DNA from: an uncultured Gammaproteobacteria bacterium
GTDB taxonomy: Bacteria; Patescibacteriota; Microgenomatia; UBA8517
Assembly: GCA_964541395.1 (NCBI GenBank)
Contig: CAZIPM010000004.1
Span: forward strand, 1,188-65,187
Direction of reading: 5' to 3'
Length of the DNA stretch: 64,000 bases
Below are positions 9,883 through 19,154 of the stretch, piece by piece. The notes under the pieces were generated by a model, which did not search any database, was not told where the DNA came from, and saw nothing but the letters and a program-made list of their open reading frames with translations. The number at the start of each line of letters is the position of its first letter. The stretch's first letter is position 1. Position numbers and translations under genes: made by a program.

Positions 9883-10202
9883 TAATGTAAGTATACACGT
9901 TAGTTAAAAATTTATCACAATCACACCTAAGAGATTTGACCGTTATTGTACAATGGGATGTGTCCGAATATAATCCTAGTAGTTTGCAATATGTACCTAT
10001 AGATCAGCAAATTATTGATGTCTTAAAAAAAACCGATAATACACAATTAGGTGAATCGGGTGTTTCGGCTACAATTCTATCTATGATTCGCCAAGGAATT
10101 GTACCTCAGTTGAGAGAAGACGTTCTTGACGATCTTTCTCTCGCTCTCGGTTTAGACCTATAAATCCAACAAGACTACTTTAAACATGTATTATGCTACT
10201 TG

Positions 10203-10232
10203 ACAACTATTACAACTAGTTGTAATAGTTGT
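10203..10232. promoter_or_regulatory. 30-bp perfect palindrome (candidate operator)
   Basis: ACAACTATTACAACT/AGTTGTAATAGTTGT; third half-site ACAACTAGTGG overlaps the downstream ATG. Confidence 0.5.
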
Positions 10233-10235
10233 AAT

Positions 10236-10406
10236 ATGACAACTAGTGGTAAACAAAGATCAACATTTTTTCTAAATTCCAGTTTATTAAAACAAGCTAG
10301 GGCTCAGGCTGTTGTTGAAGAGATAACATTAACTTCTTTAATCGAAAAGGCACTTAATAAGTATTTACCTAATCAAACGGTAATTAAAAAAGTTGAAATT
10401 TTATGA
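10236..10406 (+). CDS. ribbon-helix-helix (CopG/Arc-like) DNA-binding protein
   Basis: KQRSTFFLNSSLLKQARAQAV is a beta-strand-helix RHH pattern; start moved to internal ATG because the ORF-track start lies inside the palindrome. Confidence 0.45.
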   Translation: MTTSGKQRSTFFLNSSLLKQARAQAVVEEITLTSLIEKALNKYLPNQTVIKKVEIL

Positions 10407-10801
10407 CAATAATTACAAAAGAGACAATTACTGCAGAAAATGGAAACGTAAAAGCTGTTTCTGACTCTTCTTCTAATAAGCAGGCAACCGGCTCCCAAAC
10501 CTTTGAGTACCTAGTGTACTACTTTTTTGGAGCTTTAGATATAATCCTTGCTTTCCGCCTTGTTCTCAAATTGGCTGGAGCAAGTGCAGGCAGTTTTTTT
10601 GTCAAATCAGTTTATGCAATCAGCAGATTTTTTATTATCCCATTTGAAGGGATATTTAAAAGGGGATATACCCAGGGCACAGAAACCACTTCTGTTCTTG
10701 AGCCGTCAACCTTGGTTGCGATTATTGTCTATGCAGTACTGGCAGTTGGAATAGTTAAATTAATTAGAATATCATCGGGAGAGGAACAGCAAGTTGATTA
10801 A
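10403..10801 (+). CDS. YggT-like membrane protein
   Basis: YLVYYFFGALDIILAFRLVLKL resembles the YggT repeat; ATGA overlap with the RHH gene. Confidence 0.4.
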   Translation: MTIITKETITAENGNVKAVSDSSSNKQATGSQTFEYLVYYFFGALDIILAFRLVLKLAGASAGSFFVKSVYAISRFFIIPFEGIFKRGYTQGTETTSVLEPSTLVAIIVYAVLAVGIVKLIRISSGEEQQVD

Positions 10802-10822
10802 CAAACTGGAGGTGAATTATTT

Positions 10823-11071
10823 ATGGGTATAATACTTTGGATTATTTTTGGAGCAATCGCAGGTTGGGTGGCTTCGTTGGTTATGAAGACTGACTCTAGT
10901 CAGGGAACCTTAACAGATATTATTTTGGGAATTGTCGGAGCTGTTGTAGGAGGGTTTTTAATGGGCTTAGTCGGTCAATCCGGTGTAAACGGATTTAATT
11001 TATATAGTTTTATGGTTGCAGTTATCGGAGCCGTTGTAGTTATTTATATTGGTCGTATGATCAAAAGATAA
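10823..11071 (+). CDS. GlsB/YeaQ/YmgE-family stress membrane protein
   Basis: WIIFGAIAGWVASLVM...GIVGAVVGGFLMGL signature. Confidence 0.8.
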   Translation: MGIILWIIFGAIAGWVASLVMKTDSSQGTLTDIILGIVGAVVGGFLMGLVGQSGVNGFNLYSFMVAVIGAVVVIYIGRMIKR

Positions 11072-11287
11072 ATAGATCAATCATGAAAACTTTACAACAA
11101 CAAAAGGACGAAATTGACAAAGAAGCATTAAGAGCCAAAGCCAAGCTGACAAAACTGCATTTGACGAAAGGCAAGCTGCTGCAGAGCTTGAAATTAAAAA
11201 TATTAATTTTGAGGTAGCAGCTAAAATCAAACAGATTCGCTACGACGCACAGAGGTGAGAGAACGGAGTAGGGGGGGGTGATTAAGT

Positions 11288-11431
11288 ATGAATTTATCAA
11301 CAACAAATTTGAGTCCTTTAGCATCTTTATTATTTGGAATATTAATTCTTGTTTTCCCGAAATTTCTTAATTATTTAATAGCATTCTATCTAATTATTAT
11401 TGGAGTTATTGGCTTGGGTCTATTAAATTAA
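11288..11431 (+). CDS. small membrane protein (47 aa)
   Basis: Strong SD (GGGGGGGTGAT) 6 nt upstream; two hydrophobic helices; below ORF-track cutoff. Confidence 0.3.
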   Translation: MNLSTTNLSPLASLLFGILILVFPKFLNYLIAFYLIIIGVIGLGLLN

Positions 11432-11612
11432 AATAAAAAAAACCTAAAAACTGTCTGGTTTTTCTTACTTATTATCAAACCATAATGGTATAGTTACTTC
11501 GTGAACGGGATCGTTTTGTACGGTGCAGTATTTCCGGTTTGATAAAAATTGACCGCTAGTGTGTTTATTTTTTGTCAAACATTCGAAATGGAGAAATTGT
11601 ATTTTGAAATAA

Positions 11613-12467
11613 TTACTCAGGGAAAATTTTATTTTGGTAAATGAAATCTGCAATTGTTTTACTGATAAAATCCACTCCCTTTTGGGAAGGGTGAATAAAA
11701 TCTCCCGAAATTAATTCTTTTTTAACTTTTCCGTCTGAGTTTTTAGACAACGAATATACATCAATTACGGGAATATCTAGACTTTTAGCAAATCTTATAT
11801 GGTTTTCAATATAAGCTGTTCTTTCTTTTATCCAAGATTGTCTTACTTCAGCTGTTAAATCATAAGTACCTCTAGCAAAATTTTTGCTATCAAAAGCAGG
11901 TGGGGTTAAAAACGCCAATGCAGTATTAGGTTTTTTGTTTAATATCAAATTTACACTTTTTTCAAGAATCTCATTTTGTTTTTTAAGTCCCTCACTAAGC
12001 ATTAGGTGAGAAAGAGGATTATATGCAAAAGATTCTATGATGATTAATTCAAAACCTTGCTCAAGTATAGCCGGATGATCGGTTACTCTATCTGAAGTTG
12101 TTTGGGTAAGTCTGTCTGTCAAAGTTTCAATATTCGTTGCCGGGTAGCCATAGTTGTATGTCACAAATTCGGAGTCTGGATATAATTGGATTAATTCCTT
12201 TCTTAAAGTGTTTGCGTTGATTCCCAAAGAAGCAACTATTGAATCTCCCACAATTATTATTCTGTATGATCCGTTCTTTGGGATAACCGGATTATTATAA
12301 GGAAATTGATACGGAGTTGGAGTAGGTTGCCCTGTATTTTGTAAGATTTTTAGTCTAAATTTTTCTGAAGAATTTATTTTTTTGGCTATACTTACAGCAG
12401 TTACTAAAAAGATTGTTGAAATTGTTAAAATTAAAAAGATTAAGGTAAACCCTTTAGAATTATGCAT
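11613..12467 (-). CDS. SGNH/GDSL-family hydrolase
   Basis: IIIVGDSIVASLG GDS block after an N-terminal anchor. Confidence 0.75.
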   Translation of the reverse strand: MHNSKGFTLIFLILTISTIFLVTAVSIAKKINSSEKFRLKILQNTGQPTPTPYQFPYNNPVIPKNGSYRIIIVGDSIVASLGINANTLRKELIQLYPDSEFVTYNYGYPATNIETLTDRLTQTTSDRVTDHPAILEQGFELIIIESFAYNPLSHLMLSEGLKKQNEILEKSVNLILNKKPNTALAFLTPPAFDSKNFARGTYDLTAEVRQSWIKERTAYIENHIRFAKSLDIPVIDVYSLSKNSDGKVKKELISGDFIHPSQKGVDFISKTIADFIYQNKIFPE

Positions 12468-12572
12468 ATTTGATAATATACTAATTCTACTTAATTGTTT
12501 AAATTGCCTATTTCATTTAATGATACCTATTCGTAAAATGATCCTTTGTGCTAGGTTACCATAACAAATAAT

Positions 12573-13400
12573 ATGAAAAAATGTGACTGTCAATTATGTA
12601 AATTTGAAAACCCTAAAATTTCTACTGCAGCCATTATTATTAAAGACCAAAAACTTCTGGTGGCTGTCAGAGGAGAAGAACCGTTCAAAGGTCAATATGA
12701 TTTTTTCGGAGGATATGTAGGGAAAGGTGAAACACCGGAAGAATCACACAAGAGAGAAATAAAAGAAGAATTGGGTGTTGATTGTGAAACTAATCTATTG
12801 ACTGCCATTCCAGGAACTTCCACATATGGCGATTATGAATTTCAGGTTGTTAATTTTGTATATTTGACTGAATTAAAAGGTGAAATAAAATTAATAGAAA
12901 ATGAAATTGAAAAATTTGAATGGGTTCCTATTAAAGATCTTTCGAAAATTGCCTTTGAAACCAACCAAAAGGCTCTGGAGTTTGTTAAAGAGAAATTGAT
13001 TTTTGACCTATCTAAAATAAATGAATTGGTCAAGCAACTTGATGCATCCGCAAAAGTAAACGAATATAGCCTGTATCGAGCTTTATTGGACGGTTATGTT
13101 GCCAAAATTGAAGTGGACGGAAAACTACAAGGCATGGGTTGGATCTTTCCAAGACAGACAATGCTCAGACGACAAGCGGTGGTTGAAGATATGATTGTAG
13201 ACGAATCCCAAAGGGGAAAAGGATTGGGAGAAAAGATCTTAAGAAACTTGTTGGATTGGGCCAAAAAAGAGGGAGTAGAAACAGTAGAACTGACCACCAA
13301 TCCAAAAAGGGTAGCTGCAAATTCTCTTTACCAAAAAGTAGGTTTTAAAATTCATCCCACCAATCATTACCTTCTGGATCTTATAGAATACGGATTGTAA
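12573..13400 (+). CDS. NUDIX hydrolase - GNAT acetyltransferase fusion with N-terminal CxxC
   Basis: N-terminal CDCQLC; Nudix box GGYVGKGETPEESHKREIKEELGV; C-terminal GNAT (QRGKGLGEKIL...). Confidence 0.8.
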   Translation: MKKCDCQLCKFENPKISTAAIIIKDQKLLVAVRGEEPFKGQYDFFGGYVGKGETPEESHKREIKEELGVDCETNLLTAIPGTSTYGDYEFQVVNFVYLTELKGEIKLIENEIEKFEWVPIKDLSKIAFETNQKALEFVKEKLIFDLSKINELVKQLDASAKVNEYSLYRALLDGYVAKIEVDGKLQGMGWIFPRQTMLRRQAVVEDMIVDESQRGKGLGEKILRNLLDWAKKEGVETVELTTNPKRVAANSLYQKVGFKIHPTNHYLLDLIEYGL

Positions 13401-13429
13401 TAGATGATCTGTAGGACTACCATGAAGCA

Positions 13430-13660
13430 ATGCCTAGTAAAAGTAAGCTTGCAAAACAACTAGGAAAAACTTTAACATTTAGAATTATGGTTATAGTTGT
13501 CAATTCCATGGTTGTTTGGATCTATACCAAAGAAATCATGGCGACTATGTCCGTAATGACAATTACTACCATTACCAGTACTGTTTTATATTTTATTCAC
13601 GAGCGGTTTTGGGATAGGGTTCATTGGGGTGAAGAAAAAGCCCCATTGACTAACGGTTAA
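13430..13660 (+). CDS. DUF2061-like membrane protein
   Basis: HERFWDRVHWG motif after TM helices. Confidence 0.5.
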   Translation: MPSKSKLAKQLGKTLTFRIMVIVVNSMVVWIYTKEIMATMSVMTITTITSTVLYFIHERFWDRVHWGEEKAPLTNG

Positions 13661-13713
13661 AAATAATTAAGTATTAGTGTAATGGTGTTTGTGTTTAAGG
13701 GGGTGAGTAATTT

Positions 13714-13923
13714 ATGAAGTATCTTCATTACGCTGCATATACTCTTTTGTGGGTTGGAGGTCTTAACTGGGGTCTGGTGGGACTTTTTGATTTCAATTTA
13801 GTTGAAAGTCTAGGGTTGTCATCAGGACTGGTTAATTTGGTTTATGTCTTAGTAGGTGCATCAGCGGTTTATTCTGCTGCTACTCACATGGGGGATTGTA
13901 AGGTTTGTTCAGGAAAGAAATAA
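13714..13923 (+). CDS. DUF378-family small membrane protein
   Basis: GGLNWGLVGLFDFNLVE signature. Confidence 0.65.
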   Translation: MKYLHYAAYTLLWVGGLNWGLVGLFDFNLVESLGLSSGLVNLVYVLVGASAVYSAATHMGDCKVCSGKK

Positions 13924-13926
13924 TAA

Positions 13927-14874
13927 TTAACAAGTATAAATCGAAGACTGATTGCATCTGGGACAGGTTATGGTTCCACCGGCTATGGTTGCGGTAACTT
14001 TTTGTTGACAAAATGGACATGTACACTCTAAAAACCTAACTCCCTCGGGCGTGTTGAAACTTACAGAATTAGACTCAATCAGACTTGAATAAGTTCCACC
14101 ACCACCAACACAGGTCAGTGCGTTTTCTCCCATTACACCAAGTTTGGCCATCTCCTGAGCAATATAGTATGACGGAGCGCGATTTACTAATAATTGACCA
14201 AGATATAGTCTGGTTTCTGGAGTCATTGGCACATAATTTTTATTTTTAGGTACATATACGGAAATAGCTTCCAAGATATCAACAACAGAAACAGTTTCTC
14301 CAATATCTATCAGTGTGCATCTAAGTTCTTCAGGAGATTTCATGCCTGTTGTTTTTGATGGAAAGAGTTTTTGGGCAATTAATAGAACTTCTTCGCGAGA
14401 ACACTTAAAGATTATGAGAGTATTATGTAGAATTCTTTGACCTGCAGGAGATTTCTGTATTTCATGAATGACAAGTTTATTGTCCGGATATTCTTTCTCA
14501 TTATTAAGTTCGGTACTTATCCAAGCTGAAACCGTGCTCTGAGGTTTAGAACTCCACGCATCTAATTGAGAAATTATTGAAAATTCAACAAGTCCTAAAT
14601 ACGGGTTCCTGTGTGACTCGGGAGTTATGATATCGTGTATATATTTTCCCGTTGCGGGATCTACAATTCCCCATTTGTCTACCCAGAAAAAATATTTATC
14701 CGGTTGTCTGTTGGATTCTTTGTGAATGGAATCGATATGCAATACGGCTGTTTGGATATTGGGAGCCTCTACATATCTATACGCTGCTACTGTTCTGACA
14801 TTTCTTTCAAGTGACATATTCCTGCTCGGGTTTCTATGGGAATTGTTAGTTTTCCGACTATACGGTTGCGGCAC
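13927..14874 (-). CDS. hypothetical protein with C-terminal zinc ribbon
   Basis: CTCPFCQQ...CPRCNQ at C-terminus; no other motif. Confidence 0.45.
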   Translation of the reverse strand: MPQPYSRKTNNSHRNPSRNMSLERNVRTVAAYRYVEAPNIQTAVLHIDSIHKESNRQPDKYFFWVDKWGIVDPATGKYIHDIITPESHRNPYLGLVEFSIISQLDAWSSKPQSTVSAWISTELNNEKEYPDNKLVIHEIQKSPAGQRILHNTLIIFKCSREEVLLIAQKLFPSKTTGMKSPEELRCTLIDIGETVSVVDILEAISVYVPKNKNYVPMTPETRLYLGQLLVNRAPSYYIAQEMAKLGVMGENALTCVGGGGTYSSLIESNSVSFNTPEGVRFLECTCPFCQQKVTATIAGGTITCPRCNQSSIYTC

Positions 14875-14949
14875 AGCTGGGGAATTTCACCCCATTCCTT
14901 AAACACAATCCTTAAACGTAATTACAATTTATGTTAAACTTTTTGTAAA

Positions 14950-15474
14950 GTGGGTATTAATGTATCAATTCATGATCGGGCTTCTTTAGTACGTTCTGTC
15001 GTTGTGGCTGCCAATGACGGGATAACAACCACTTTTGCAGTTGTTGCGGGATCATTGGGTGCCTCTCTTTCGCCAAAAGTTGTTTTGATATTGGGTTTTG
15101 CCAACCTTTTTGCAGACGGTCTTTCTATGGCTACAGGAGCCTACTTGGGAGTCAAAAGTGAGATAGAGTTTGAAGAAAAGTCAGGACAAAACATAATTCT
15201 GGGTCATAAACCATTAAAAAATGCAGTTGATACTTTTATCTCCTTTGTTGTTGCCGGTTTTATTCCTTTAATTGCTTATCTTTTTAAGTTTAATAATGCC
15301 TTTGCTATATCAGCTGTATCAGTTTGTTTGGCACTAATGGTAGTTGGAGCCTTAAGGGGGAGATACACCAACAAAAGTATTATTAGGACCTCATTTGAAA
15401 ATCTTTTAATTGGTGGAGCAGCTGCAATGGTTGCATACTTTGTCGGAAGTTTAGTTGATAGGTATTTAATATAA
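14950..15474 (+). CDS. VIT1/CCC1-family iron/manganese transporter
   Basis: ANDGITTTFAVVAGSLGA...LFADGLSMATGAYLG pattern. Confidence 0.7.
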   Translation: MGINVSIHDRASLVRSVVVAANDGITTTFAVVAGSLGASLSPKVVLILGFANLFADGLSMATGAYLGVKSEIEFEEKSGQNIILGHKPLKNAVDTFISFVVAGFIPLIAYLFKFNNAFAISAVSVCLALMVVGALRGRYTNKSIIRTSFENLLIGGAAAMVAYFVGSLVDRYLI

Positions 15475-15491
15475 AGAAAGCGGGTGATGAT

Positions 15492-15674
15492 ATGGCGAAA
15501 AAAGATATAAAAAATTCATTTGGGATATCAAAAATGTTAATGATGGGATCGGGATTAGCGGTAGCACTCTCCGCTCTTGGTTATGTCGGTTATGACATTT
15601 GGCTGGCATCAACACAGTGGTTATTGGTGGCTGCAGTATTAGCATTATTTGGTGTATATTCTAAATTAAACTGA
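15492..15674 (+). CDS. small membrane protein
   Basis: 60 aa with two hydrophobic helices. Confidence 0.3.
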   Translation: MAKKDIKNSFGISKMLMMGSGLAVALSALGYVGYDIWLASTQWLLVAAVLALFGVYSKLN

Positions 15675-15679
15675 GGCTA

Positions 15680-15709
15680 GCGGAAATAAAGCGGAAATTA
15701 TGCGGAAAT
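15680..15709. repeat. three direct GCGGAAAT repeats at 11-bp spacing
   Basis: Copies at 15680, 15691, 15702, all in an intergenic region. Confidence 0.6.
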
Positions 15710-15756
15710 TGAAGATTAGTTAATATCTACTTTAAGTTGTAGTTATTAAAGAAAAC

Positions 15757-15785
15757 TTGACAACTATAAGACAAGGGTGTATTTT
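15757..15785 (+). promoter_or_regulatory. candidate sigma70-like promoter (TTGACA-17-TATTTT)
   Basis: -10 element ends 8 nt before the ATG at 15794, implying a leaderless or near-leaderless mRNA. Confidence 0.4.
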
Positions 15786-15793
15786 TTATTTCA

Positions 15794-16261
15794 ATGAGAT
15801 TCAATAGGCGCGATGTTTGGGTAGGCCTAGCCATAGTTTTAGTTGTAATTATTGTAGGACTTCTTATCAGACGCTCAAGGAACAGGGTAACCACTACAAC
15901 ACCGACACCCATTTCAAATACTTCACTAACGCAGGAAATACAAGATAAATTTAAATATCAAATTCCGAAAGATGTAAATTCCATAGAACTAAAGGATGCC
16001 ACAGGTGGTGATAGTAGGGGTATAGCCACCGAAAAAGAAATATTAGTAGATGCACCCACTCCTGAAACAGGTTATTTTTACCAAGGATGGTTGGAGAATA
16101 ACGGCAATTTAGTTTCGTTGGGTAAATTGCAAATAGCCAAAGGGGGATGGCTGATTAATTTTGATGGAACAAAATACCCTGATCATAAAAAGGTAATAGT
16201 CAGTCAGGAAAAAGTTTTAGACAATACTCTGGAGAAAAAAATTCTGGAAGGATCTTTCTAA
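15794..16261 (+). CDS. hypothetical membrane-anchored protein
   Basis: N-terminal TM, Thr/Pro linker, globular C-domain. Confidence 0.45.
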   Translation: MRFNRRDVWVGLAIVLVVIIVGLLIRRSRNRVTTTTPTPISNTSLTQEIQDKFKYQIPKDVNSIELKDATGGDSRGIATEKEILVDAPTPETGYFYQGWLENNGNLVSLGKLQIAKGGWLINFDGTKYPDHKKVIVSQEKVLDNTLEKKILEGSF

Positions 16262-16306
16262 AGTAGACAACTTAAGTTACTATTAAGATAATCAATTAAT
16301 CGTCTG

Positions 16307-16834
16307 ATGAAAAAATTTATATTAATTTTTGTTCTTGCAGTCTTACTCATTAGTTTTGCAGCAGCTTTTTATCTGTTTGCAGGTAAGTTGAAAACAGGAC
16401 AACCTTCTCCTGTACAACCACTGGCAACAGAATTTGGGGAAAACACTGTTCCTGAGGCTAATACCGACAGAGGAATATCTGTTTATGAAGATTATAGTGC
16501 TGAAATATATGAAAAAGCACTGACAGAAGACAGAGTAGTTGTTTTATATTTCACAGCCAACTGGTGTGAGATATGTAGAACTCAGGAAGAAATAAATACA
16601 AAAGTATTCTCCGGACTTACCACAGATGGAGTAGTTGCTTTAAGAATCCATATTTTGGATTCAGAAGCGACTATTGATACAGAAAACTTGGCAAAGAAAT
16701 TCAGCATTGCAAAAGAAAACACTTCGGTTATCCTTAATTCTGATACGGGAGCAATCGTTTATAAATTTACGGGTCTTTTAGAGGATGGAGCATTAATAGA
16801 AAAAATAATTGAAGCCAGACAGAAAGATGAATAA
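16307..16834 (+). CDS. membrane-anchored thioredoxin-like protein
   Basis: WCEIC CxxC motif in a thioredoxin-sized domain after a signal anchor. Confidence 0.6.
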   Translation: MKKFILIFVLAVLLISFAAAFYLFAGKLKTGQPSPVQPLATEFGENTVPEANTDRGISVYEDYSAEIYEKALTEDRVVVLYFTANWCEICRTQEEINTKVFSGLTTDGVVALRIHILDSEATIDTENLAKKFSIAKENTSVILNSDTGAIVYKFTGLLEDGALIEKIIEARQKDE

Positions 16835-16843
16835 TAAAAAAGT

Positions 16844-17089
16844 ATGCAAATAAAAATTTATTCAACAACAACTTGTCCTTATTGCAAGATGCTGAAGGAC
16901 TACTTAATAGAAAAAAAAGTGACTTTTGTTGAAAAAGTGGTTGATACTGATGATGCAGCCAGAGAGGAAATGTCAAAAGAGTCAGGTGGATTTTTGGGAG
17001 TACCGTTCACTGTAGTTATAAAGGATGATGGCACCAAAATTGACATTGTCGGATTTGATAAAGGCAAATTTGAACAACTTTTTGCATGA
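16844..17089 (+). CDS. glutaredoxin-like protein (NrdH/YruB type)
   Basis: YSTTTCPYCKMLKDYL CPYC active site; 81 aa. Confidence 0.8.
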   Translation: MQIKIYSTTTCPYCKMLKDYLIEKKVTFVEKVVDTDDAAREEMSKESGGFLGVPFTVVIKDDGTKIDIVGFDKGKFEQLFA

Positions 17090-17745
17090 TATTTCTCAAT
17101 TTTAAAACCTATGAAGCAGGAACCGGAGAATCAGCCAAGTCACTAATTGCTATCTGCGAAATAGTTTCTTCAGCTACGGGTGTGAAAATAATTCCGGTAG
17201 TCCAGGCTACCGATTTAAAAGAGATTACCAGTACTTCAACACTGGAGATTTGGGCACAAAAAGTAGATCCTGTTGAGTTTGGGGCTAACACGGGTTCTAT
17301 TTTACCTGAAGCCGTGGTTGAAGACGGCGCGATGGGAACTTTTTTGAATCATTCTGAAAACAGACTGGCTGATTTTGAAACTTTAGCCAAAGCCCACGAC
17401 AGAGCAAAGGAAGTAAACCTTAAAACTTTGATTTTTGCAGTGGATGTGGATGAACTAAGGCAGGTAAGTTCTCTTTCTCCCGATTTTATCTCATATGAAC
17501 CACCGGAACTTATTGGTAGTGCCACAATGTCTGTAGCCTCTGCTAAACCTGATGTGATTGCTGAAGCGGTCAGGGTGGCAGGGCATGCTGGTATACCGTT
17601 AATTGTAGGGGCAGGAGTACATTCAATGAAAGATGTCAAAAAAAGTTTGGAAATGGGGGCAACTGGAATTGCCGTAGCTTCAGATGTAATGAAAGCAGCG
17701 GATCCTCAGAAGGAACTAATGGATTTGGCAGAAGGGTTTAAATGA
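17086..17745 (+). CDS. tpiA: triosephosphate isomerase, short archaeal-type
   Basis: 219 aa; IFLNFKTYEAG N-terminus and PPELIGS...VGAGV pattern of archaeal-type TIM. Confidence 0.7.
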   Translation: MIFLNFKTYEAGTGESAKSLIAICEIVSSATGVKIIPVVQATDLKEITSTSTLEIWAQKVDPVEFGANTGSILPEAVVEDGAMGTFLNHSENRLADFETLAKAHDRAKEVNLKTLIFAVDVDELRQVSSLSPDFISYEPPELIGSATMSVASAKPDVIAEAVRVAGHAGIPLIVGAGVHSMKDVKKSLEMGATGIAVASDVMKAADPQKELMDLAEGFK

Positions 17746-18194
17746 TAAAAATATTTATAGGTGCTGATCACAGAGGTTATAAGTTAAAAGAAAAAGTAGC
17801 TTCCTGGCTTTTTGATTGGGGGTACGAATTTCTGGATTTGGGTGCACAAAGTCTTGACACGACTGATGACTATACAAAGTATGCCACTGAAGTTGCCTCA
17901 CTTGTGGTTGATCACAAAAATTCATTCGGAATACTTCTGTGTGGTAGTGGGGTGGGAGTTGATGTTATAGCCAACAAGTTCGATGGAGTGAGAGCATCGA
18001 TAGGAAAAAACAAAGAACAAGTAAAGGCAGGCAGGACTGATGATGATATGAATATTTTAGTTATCGCCTCTGACTATACCAAAGAAAACGAAGCCAAAGA
18101 AATGGTTAAAGTGTTCCTGGATACTGATTATGACAAGAAAGTCAGGCATGAAAGAAGGCTGGATGATATCTCCAAAATTGAAGCAAATAACTAA
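17742..18194 (+). CDS. rpiB: ribose-5-phosphate isomerase B
   Basis: MIKIFIGADHRGYKLKEK and LLCGSGVGV motifs. Confidence 0.85.
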   Translation: MIKIFIGADHRGYKLKEKVASWLFDWGYEFLDLGAQSLDTTDDYTKYATEVASLVVDHKNSFGILLCGSGVGVDVIANKFDGVRASIGKNKEQVKAGRTDDDMNILVIASDYTKENEAKEMVKVFLDTDYDKKVRHERRLDDISKIEANN

Positions 18195-18232
18195 TTATTG
18201 ACAATGTTATGAAATAGTTTCATACTGTTGGT

Positions 18233-18466
18233 ATGAATTACCAAAGAGTGACTGTTAGTTTACCTAAGAATGTATACCAAGATTTAATTACCTTAATTGG
18301 AAAGGGTAAGGTTAGTAGTTTTGTTGCTAACGCTACAAAAAAGATGGTTTTGGATGAAAAATTAACTCCAGGTAGCCCCGTGGATGCCTTTTTATCCCAT
18401 AGAGATAAATTGCCTAAATTAAGTGACAAGCAGATTATGGCTGCAATTAGAAAAGGAAGAATGTAA
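18233..18466 (+). CDS. VapB-like antitoxin
   Basis: 77-aa ORF whose TAA stop abuts the PIN gene start. Confidence 0.5.
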   Translation: MNYQRVTVSLPKNVYQDLITLIGKGKVSSFVANATKKMVLDEKLTPGSPVDAFLSHRDKLPKLSDKQIMAAIRKGRM

Positions 18467-18467
18467 A

Positions 18468-18881
18468 GTGAAAAAGTTTGTAGTGGATGCTTCATTTACT
18501 CTTAAATCTCTCCTCAATGAAAAAAAGTCAGTATCCATAAGATTTAGGAAATTATTCAAAGAAGCTGAATCGGGAAAAGTTAAAGTACTCGCCCCAAGGT
18601 TTATATTTAGTGAGGTAGCTAACGCGATAAGATATTCAACAAAAGATAGTGAGGAGGCTTTAGGAACCTTTAATGATTTTTTAGTTTTACCAATAGAATT
18701 TATAGACTTGGACGAAGTTGATTATAGAAAAACAATTGAGATTTCTTACTCTCAAAATACGACTGTCTATGATACTTCATACCATGTATTGGCTAAGGCT
18801 CACAATGCAACCTTTTTAACTTGTGATTACGAATACTATAAAAAAGCAAAAGTATTGGGTGATATTGAATTAGTAAAATAA
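18468..18881 (+). CDS. PIN-domain toxin (VapC-like)
   Basis: KKFVVDASF... N-terminal Asp and C-terminal DTSYHVLAKAHNATFLTCD; GTG start assumed, in-frame ATG at 18423 also possible. Confidence 0.7.
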   Translation: MKKFVVDASFTLKSLLNEKKSVSIRFRKLFKEAESGKVKVLAPRFIFSEVANAIRYSTKDSEEALGTFNDFLVLPIEFIDLDEVDYRKTIEISYSQNTTVYDTSYHVLAKAHNATFLTCDYEYYKKAKVLGDIELVK

Positions 18882-19154
18882 ATCGAGGCGAATAATTAAG
18901 TCTCAGATTCCTTTGAGACTCTTAAAATCGCCGCCTTTATTTTCCCCAGATCTTCTGTTAGGCGATTATCAATGCCATAAGTACCTACCTCTGCCTGATC
19001 AGTCGCATTGAAAAGTACTGTTAGAGTTCTGTCTGTGATTTCAATTTTCTCTTCGATATTATCCTTTTGAATTATTATCGTAACTGGTGGCATTTGAGAG
19101 GATTATGGGCGCAGTGTCTATAATTGTCAACGTTTTTGGTGTTAATATAAATAT

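Noticed and set aside
10200-10235. ORF-track start at 10200 for the RHH gene.
   Set aside because: It would place a perfect 30-bp palindrome inside the coding sequence. The internal ATG at 10236 follows the operator and begins the RHH strand.
11438-11470. Possible terminator AAAAACC-loop-GGTTTTT between convergent genes.
   Set aside because: The stem is all A.T/G.C-poor with a 12-nt loop, too weak to call.
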